Shown: positions 57,883 through 64,000 of the stretch, piece after piece
Layout of the letters: each line of letters begins with the position of its first letter
Numbering within the stretch: the stretch's first letter is position 1
Assembly: GCA_964539545.1 (NCBI GenBank)
Contig: CAZIJG010000002.1
Location: forward strand, 6,624 to 70,623
From: an uncultured Gammaproteobacteria bacterium
GTDB lineage: Bacteria > Patescibacteriota > Patescibacteriia > Patescibacteriales > UBA12465
DNA: 64,000 nucleotides
Direction of reading: 5' to 3'
Notes under the pieces: model-generated
Told to the model about the DNA's origin: nothing
Databases searched by the model: none
What the model saw: only the letters and a program-made list of their open reading frames with translations
Position numbers and translations under genes: made by a program

Positions 57883-58842
57883 ATGTACGATACTATTATT
57901 ATTGGCTCTGGACCAGCTGGAATGACTTCCGCAATTTATGCTGCTCGTAGAGAGATGAAGACTTTAGTAGTTGGGAAAGAACTAGGAGGACAGTTGGTTT
58001 GGGCCTCAGAAATAGAAAATTATCCAGGGTTTAAAACAATAAGCAGTTTTGAACTAATTTCTAAGCTACAAGAGCAAGTTTCTGCTCTAGGCGTGGAATT
58101 TAAGCAAAAAGAGATATCAAAAATAGTAAAAGAAGAAGATAATACTTTTACTCTACATACCTCCAAAGAGACTTTAAAGGCTAAGACAGTAATTATTGCT
58201 ATGGGTTTGTCTCCTCGGCGATTGGCAATCCCTGGAGAAGAAGAATTTAATGGTAAAGGAGTCTCATATTGTGCTAATTGTGATGGTCCTTTTTATAAAG
58301 AAAAGACTGTAGCTGTGGTTGGTGGGGGTAATTCTGCTCTAGATGCAGCTGAAATATTGTCAAAAATAGGGAAAAAAGTCTATTTACTCCATAGAAGTGG
58401 AGAATTTAGAGCTTTTGAAGCCTTAATTAGAGAAGTAAACGCTAGAGGAAATATAGAAGTAATGATGAATATCGATATTAAAGAGGTTTTAGGGTCAAAT
58501 AAGATGGAAAAAATAAAAATAGTTAATAATCAGACAAATAAAGAGCAAGAAATTGAAGTTGATGGTATTTTTATAGAAATTGGTAGAACTGCTAATACAG
58601 ATCTTGTGGCTGAATTAGTTGAAAGGAATAAAAAGAAAGAAATAATGGTAGATGAACTTTGTAGAACGAATACTCCAGGTTTGTTTGCAGCTGGAGATGT
58701 GACTCAAGTAATGTTTAAACAAATTCCTATAGCCATGGGACAAGCAACGACAGCAGCATTGGCTGCCTATCAGTATTTACAGTTAAAAGAAGATAAGCCA
58801 GTAAACGTTTCAGATAAGAGTAAATCAAAAACAGAGAAATAA
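57883..58842 (+). CDS. trxB: Thioredoxin reductase
   Basis: IGSGPAG, GVSYCANCDG, VGGGNSA, FAAGDV. Confidence 0.93.
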   Translation: MYDTIIIGSGPAGMTSAIYAARREMKTLVVGKELGGQLVWASEIENYPGFKTISSFELISKLQEQVSALGVEFKQKEISKIVKEEDNTFTLHTSKETLKAKTVIIAMGLSPRRLAIPGEEEFNGKGVSYCANCDGPFYKEKTVAVVGGGNSALDAAEILSKIGKKVYLLHRSGEFRAFEALIREVNARGNIEVMMNIDIKEVLGSNKMEKIKIVNNQTNKEQEIEVDGIFIEIGRTANTDLVAELVERNKKKEIMVDELCRTNTPGLFAAGDVTQVMFKQIPIAMGQATTAALAAYQYLQLKEDKPVNVSDKSKSKTEK

Positions 58843-58940
58843 TAATTAGACATAAGAAAAATGCCTTAAATAAAGGCGTTTTTTATTTTTATAAAATTGT
58901 ATAAATGTGTTATAATTTAAAAAAATAACCTTTCTTTTTT

Positions 58941-60272
58941 ATGACTCAACATAAACATGACAAGAAGGCCTATATTTTGGCTGTAGATATGGGCTATGGG
59001 CATCAAAGAGCTTCTTATCCCCTGAAAGATATTAGCGAAGGAGAGATACTAAGTGCTAATAATTATCCAGGAATAGATCCTAAAGAAAGAGACAGCTGGA
59101 ACAAAGGCAGAAAATTATATGAAATAATTTCCTATTTTAAAAAAGTTCCCGTTTTTGGTAAATTAGTTTTTTCTGCAATGGACTATTTTCAGAAAATAGA
59201 CAGATTTTACCCTAAGAGAGATTTATCTAAACAGTCTTTTCAACAAAAGCATTTTGTGAAAAGAATTAAGAAAGGGACTGGCAAAGGATTAATTGAGAGA
59301 TTGAATAAGAATCCTTTACCATTAATAACTACATTTTTTGTTAGCGCTTACTTTGCTGAATATTATAATTATAAGGGAAATATATATTGCGTGGTTTGTG
59401 ATGCGGATGTTTCTAGGGCTTGGGCCCCAGTCAATCCCGCTACTAGTAGGATAAAATATTTAGCACCCAATAAAAGAGTTAAAGAAAGACTAGAGTTGTA
59501 CGGAGTCAATCCTAAAAATATTTTTATTTCAGGGTTTCCTCTACCAAAAGAAAATATTGGAGGAAGACAGAAAAAGATATTAAGAAAAGACCTAAAAAAT
59601 AGGATTTTTAAACTAGACCCCCAGGGGGTGTATAGGAAAAAGTATGCTAAGTTGATTGAAGATTACCTATGTCCGATTTCAGAATTTGAAGATCCTAAGC
59701 GTCCACTAACTATAACATTCGCAGTTGGTGGAGCTGGTGCCCAAAGAGATTTGGGGGCTCAAATAGTAAAAGGTCTAAAAAAAGAACTAACAGAAGATAA
59801 AATAAAATTGAACTTAGTTGCTGGTAGCCGTGGAGATGTTTATGATTTTTTTACGGATACTATAAAAAAATATTCAGAAAATGTTCGTAAAAATGTTGAA
59901 ATTATTTATCATCCAGATAAAATGGAATATTTTAGACTGTTTAATGAGGCTCTAAGAATTACAGATATATTATGGACAAAGCCTTCAGAGCTGACTTTCT
60001 ATAGCGGATTAGGAATCCCAGTTATTATGTCTAGTCCAATCGGTTCTCAGGAGCATTACAATCGTGAATGGTTATTGGCTATTGGAGCTGGTATTAATAG
60101 TAAAAATCCAAAATATGTCAATGAATGGTTATTTGATTGGTTAGATTCAGGTTGGTTGGCCGAGGCAGCTATGCAAGGATTTTTAGATGCTCCAAGTCTA
60201 GGAACCTATAATATTGAAGACACGGTTTTATATAATAAAGTTCAAGAGATTGATTCTCTTCACTTACTATAA
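58941..60272 (+). CDS. GT-B glycosyltransferase (MGDG synthase/GT28-like)
   Basis: MGYGHQRA, SGFP, DILWTKPSE, PIGSQE..N. Confidence 0.75.
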   Translation: MTQHKHDKKAYILAVDMGYGHQRASYPLKDISEGEILSANNYPGIDPKERDSWNKGRKLYEIISYFKKVPVFGKLVFSAMDYFQKIDRFYPKRDLSKQSFQQKHFVKRIKKGTGKGLIERLNKNPLPLITTFFVSAYFAEYYNYKGNIYCVVCDADVSRAWAPVNPATSRIKYLAPNKRVKERLELYGVNPKNIFISGFPLPKENIGGRQKKILRKDLKNRIFKLDPQGVYRKKYAKLIEDYLCPISEFEDPKRPLTITFAVGGAGAQRDLGAQIVKGLKKELTEDKIKLNLVAGSRGDVYDFFTDTIKKYSENVRKNVEIIYHPDKMEYFRLFNEALRITDILWTKPSELTFYSGLGIPVIMSSPIGSQEHYNREWLLAIGAGINSKNPKYVNEWLFDWLDSGWLAEAAMQGFLDAPSLGTYNIEDTVLYNKVQEIDSLHLL

Positions 60273-60283
60273 TCTAAAAATAT

Positions 60284-61219
60284 ATGAGTTGGTTGATTAT
60301 TGCTATAATTGCTTATTTTTTATTAGCAATTGTTAATTTATTTGATAAATTTTTATTAGACAAGGCTTTGCCGAGTAGTCGAGCCTATACTTTTTTAGTT
60401 GGATGTTTAGGAATGATGGTGTTTGTGGCAGCTCCTTGGTTTTTAGAATGGCCAGGCTGGGGCTGGATGTTATTTAATCTATTGATTGGCGCTTTATTCC
60501 CTTTGGCGCTTCTTTTATTTTATAGAGCCTTAAAAAAGGGTGAGGCTTCTAAAGTCCTATTGTTAGTTGGTGGTGCAGTGCCTATTTTCACTTTGATATT
60601 TTCTTTGGGATTGCTTAATGATAGATTTAGTTCACAGCAATGGATAGCTTTAGCTTTCCTATTAGCAGGAACAGTCCTTATTACCTGGATACCGGAAAAA
60701 CAGAGTTTTTGGCACAGAGCTTTATTAGCTCTTAGGGTAAAAAAGAAGCCCTCTACTAAGGGACTTATGGTAGCTCTGGGAGCAGCAGTCTTTTATGCAT
60801 TGTTTTTTATTGGTAGTAAAGAAGCTTTTAATAATCAGGATTTCTTTAGCAGTTTTATTTGGATTAGAGCCGGAAGTTTTTTATTTGTTTTATTTTTATT
60901 AGCTCATAGAAAATCTCGTCAAGAAATTTTTGGTAATCTGAGCAAGCTAACTCTAAAGAAGGGTGGTTTATTTTTTGGCAATCAAGGAGTGGCAGCTGGA
61001 GCTTTTTTATTGCAGAATTATGCTATTAGTTTGACGTCAGTAGCTCTAGTTAACGCCTTACAAGGAGTGCAATATGTTGTTATTATAGTCCTAGGAGTAA
61101 TAGCTACTTTGTTTACTCCACATATCTTGAAAGAAAATATATCTCGGGCTGTTATATTACAAAAAATATTAGCTGTTGGTCTGGTGGCCATTGGTTTATA
61201 TTTTATGGCCTATTCTTAA
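60284..61219 (+). CDS. EamA/DMT family transporter
   Basis: About 10 TM helices; ALKKGEASKV, LKE motifs. Confidence 0.85.
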   Translation: MSWLIIAIIAYFLLAIVNLFDKFLLDKALPSSRAYTFLVGCLGMMVFVAAPWFLEWPGWGWMLFNLLIGALFPLALLLFYRALKKGEASKVLLLVGGAVPIFTLIFSLGLLNDRFSSQQWIALAFLLAGTVLITWIPEKQSFWHRALLALRVKKKPSTKGLMVALGAAVFYALFFIGSKEAFNNQDFFSSFIWIRAGSFLFVLFLLAHRKSRQEIFGNLSKLTLKKGGLFFGNQGVAAGAFLLQNYAISLTSVALVNALQGVQYVVIIVLGVIATLFTPHILKENISRAVILQKILAVGLVAIGLYFMAYS

Positions 61220-61225
61220 TATAAT

Positions 61226-62233
61226 ATGAAAAGAAAAACTACTATTTGGATTATTGTTTTAGTTGCTTTGATTATTGGCTTAGTTTGTTTAGTTAAAGTT
61301 CCTAAATATTATCCTAGTGAAATAACTCTTGATGTTCCTCAAAATTTTTTTGGGGTTACTTTTTCTAAAAAGTTTGCAGAAGAGTTAGAATTAGATTGGC
61401 GTGAAGCCTTTATTGCCACTATAGACGACTTAGATGTTAAATACATTAGATTACCAATTTACTGGGATGAGGTAGAAAGGGCTAATGGAGTTTTTGATTT
61501 TTCAAATTATGATTACATGATAAAACAAGGAGAAATAAGGGATGTAAAGTTTATTTTAAACTTAGGATTTAGACTGCCGCGTTGGCCAGAATGTCATATT
61601 CCTCAATGGACAGAAAGATTAGATGAAGAAGCTAAACGGGCGGCGGTTCTAGATTACTTAAAAGTGGCTGTAGGTAGATATAAGTATAATACTAACGTAG
61701 TTTATTGGCAGGTAGAGAACGAACCGTTCCTGGGTAGCTTTGGTATCTGTCCAGAGTTTGATCAGAATTTTTTGAAACAGGAAATAGACCTAGTAAAAGA
61801 GTTGGATGATAGAGAAATTATTATTTCTGCTTCAGGCGAGTTAGGTGGTTGGTATAAAGAAGGCAAACTAGCCGATATTTTTGCTACTACCATGTATAGA
61901 GTTGTTCATAATTCATGGTTTGGCTATTTCAGATACCCATTCCCAGTTGAGTTTTATAACTTTAAAGCTAGGGCCACCGGAAACAACCTAGAAGAGAGCT
62001 TTATTATTGAATTGCAAACAGAGCCCTGGGTTCCTTCAGGAACTATGATGGACTTAACTGAAAAACAAATAGATAAGTCTATGAGTTTAGATCAATTTAA
62101 GGCCAATTTACAATATGCTATTAACACTGACTTCAAACAGACTTATTTATGGGGTGTAGAATGGTGGTATTGGCAGAAATTAAATGGTGATGGTAAATAT
62201 TGGCGGTTAGCTAAAACATTATTTGCAGATTAA
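61226..62233 (+). CDS. Membrane-anchored clan GH-A glycoside hydrolase
   Basis: RLPIYW, WQVENEPF acid/base, IELQTEPW nucleophile. Confidence 0.8.
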   Translation: MKRKTTIWIIVLVALIIGLVCLVKVPKYYPSEITLDVPQNFFGVTFSKKFAEELELDWREAFIATIDDLDVKYIRLPIYWDEVERANGVFDFSNYDYMIKQGEIRDVKFILNLGFRLPRWPECHIPQWTERLDEEAKRAAVLDYLKVAVGRYKYNTNVVYWQVENEPFLGSFGICPEFDQNFLKQEIDLVKELDDREIIISASGELGGWYKEGKLADIFATTMYRVVHNSWFGYFRYPFPVEFYNFKARATGNNLEESFIIELQTEPWVPSGTMMDLTEKQIDKSMSLDQFKANLQYAINTDFKQTYLWGVEWWYWQKLNGDGKYWRLAKTLFAD

Positions 62234-62234
62234 T

Positions 62235-62942
62235 ATGATTTTATCTATAATTATTCCTACTTTAAACGAAGAAAAATACTTACCTAGATTGCTAAAATCA
62301 ATTTATGGTCAGAAAGATTTTTTGGATTTTGAAGTAATTGTTTCCGATGGTAACTCAAAAGACAAAACCCAAGAGATTGCCAAAAGTTTTGGCTGCAAGG
62401 TTATTACAAATAATAAGAGACACCCTTCTTATCAAAGAAATGACGGTGCTAAAGTAGCGAGAGGCGAATTATTATTATTTTTGGATGCAGACACAGGTAT
62501 TCCAGATAATTTTTTAGGTCCAATAGTAAAAGAGTTTAAAAATAGAAAACTAGTTGGAGCTGGGTTCTATATAAAAGTAAAATCGAAAAAAGGATTTTAT
62601 AGGAGAATGACTAAATGCCTCAATTTTTTATTTTGGTTAGGACAAATTATTAGGCCAGCCTATGTCGGCATTGCTATGATGGCGAGAAAAGAAACACATG
62701 TGAAAGTAAAAGGTTTTGATGAAACAATTTTTGTTGGTGAAGATTATGATTATAGTTACAAGTTGTTTAAACAAGGTAAAGTAAAAATGATAAAGTCTAG
62801 TTTTGTGTATTATTCTTTACGGAGGTTGGAAAAGGAAGGAAAATGGAAGGTTATTGGAAGATGGGGTAAAGGGACTTGGTACGTATTAACTAAAGGGCCT
62901 ATCAAAAAAAAAATAGTGAAGTATGATTTCGGCGATTATTAA
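62235..62942 (+). CDS. Glycosyltransferase family 2
   Basis: SIIIPTLNEE, SDGNSKD, FLDAD, GEDYD; start moved to ATG 62235. Confidence 0.92.
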   Translation: MILSIIIPTLNEEKYLPRLLKSIYGQKDFLDFEVIVSDGNSKDKTQEIAKSFGCKVITNNKRHPSYQRNDGAKVARGELLLFLDADTGIPDNFLGPIVKEFKNRKLVGAGFYIKVKSKKGFYRRMTKCLNFLFWLGQIIRPAYVGIAMMARKETHVKVKGFDETIFVGEDYDYSYKLFKQGKVKMIKSSFVYYSLRRLEKEGKWKVIGRWGKGTWYVLTKGPIKKKIVKYDFGDY

Positions 62943-63090
62943 TAGTTGAATAACATAAATAAAAAAGAGGATTATATTTCCTCTTTTTATTTTTAAAATT
63001 GAATATTAGTCTTTTGAGTTGACCATAGAGAATAAATATGTAAGAATGATCTAATTGATCTTTTTAAACAGTAGAAATCTTAAATATATT

Positions 63091-63450
63091 ATGATGAACG
63101 AAAAACTATTTCCCCCGTATTTGAATTCACCATTTTCCGGTGATACCGACTTTGTAGAAGGAGTTCGTGGACCAGCAGTATTTGTTGTAAAGTGTCTTTT
63201 AATAGGTTTCGGTTATAATTGCGGTTTTGCTTTAAATCAAGAATTTTGTAAATATTTGACTAAAGCAATTAAACTTTTTCAGGAAGACAACGGTATCGAT
63301 GCAGATGGTAATTTTGGGCCAGCTACACGAAAGGCGTTTGATAGCATGTTCAATACAAATTTGGACATGATTGAAAGAGATGTGCTTTATGGCAAAGACT
63401 TTGCTCTACAGCCTGAGCCTAACGGAAAAATAAAGGAATGGCCGGTTTAG
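63091..63450 (+). CDS. Peptidoglycan-binding domain protein
   Basis: AIKLFQEDNGIDADGNFGPATR motif; ATG 63091 preferred over TTG 63055. Confidence 0.8.
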   Translation: MMNEKLFPPYLNSPFSGDTDFVEGVRGPAVFVVKCLLIGFGYNCGFALNQEFCKYLTKAIKLFQEDNGIDADGNFGPATRKAFDSMFNTNLDMIERDVLYGKDFALQPEPNGKIKEWPV

Positions 63451-63893
63451 TCATTCTTAATCATTAAGATAATAAAAACAGTCTAGAAAAGGCTGTTTTT
63501 TTCTTATTAAATAAAAAAGACCGTTTTATTAGCTGATTGTTAGTTTAAAATATAATGGAGGCCAGCAGTGAAGATTGACAAGACCAATGGTATAACGTTA
63601 ATATTTTATATTATCCAGGTCTTTAAAATAGAAAATAAAGTTTAACAAATATAGATATTATGGAACTAAGAAGAATTCAATTTTTAACTTTTATCCAATA
63701 AAGACAGCCCTTTCCAAGGCGATTTTTATGTGTGGAGTATCGACATGAATGGTAATCAAACCTCTTTTAAGGTTAGATTGTTGGACGAGGTTAAATATTC
63801 TGTTTTTACGAATTGACAAAGACTAAAAAGTATGCTATTTTAATATAATTAACTTTGTAAATATTAACAATTAAATATAGGAGACTGTAGACA

Positions 63894-64000
63894 ATGACAA
63901 CAACACTGATTGCAATTTTTGTTTTATTAGCAATTTTTATTGCTATTAGTATTTTCTTGGTAAAAGAGATGCTAAAGAAATTTGGATTTATGAGGAAATT
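63894..64000 (+). CDS. Partial CDS with N-terminal TM helix
   Basis: MTTTLIAIFVLLAIFIAISIFLVK..; TTGACA..TATGCT promoter and AGGAG upstream. Confidence 0.6.
   Translation, partial: MTTTLIAIFVLLAIFIAISIFLVKEMLKKFGFMRK

Noticed and set aside
63660-63816. Short ORF fragments after a promoter-like region
   Set aside because: Frames interrupted by stops; possibly a decayed gene but not supportable.
1-64000. Alternative genetic code (UGA=Gly) and DGR RT/TR within the window
   Set aside because: Conserved genes are intact under code 11 and TGA ends 20983-22038; no RT motifs or second VR-like copy seen by eye.

Overview
AT-rich bacterial chromosome segment, translation table 11, spanning the replication origin. 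The gene repertoire (VirB2-like pilin, Elp3, H+-PPase, TrmB regulator, charged tails on S1/NusA) suggests Patescibacteria/CPR; this is inference. Housekeeping content: rpsA, rnj, secG, infC-rpmI-rplT, nusA-hppA-tig-smpB-ssrA, purB, trxA, trxB, recQ-folD-glyA, galT, PBP1A, dnaN-dnaA/oriC-rpmH-rnpA-yidD-yidC, six tRNAs and tmRNA. Main unusual signals: (1) two integrase-less, one-gene mini-cassettes (690 and 807 bp) in tandem at the tRNA-His 3' end, with an attL/attP/attR-like pattern around a TGGGT core; (2) one cassette cargo ends in an adenine-depleted segment plus hairpin resembling a DGR variable region, with no RT or template repeat seen in the window; (3) an Ile-rich leader-peptide attenuator upstream of an unannotated 53-aa basic ORF; (4) a boxA-like motif in the leaders of most stand-alone genes; (5) infC starting 3 nt after tRNA-Gly. 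All calls come from reading the sequence; no searches were run.
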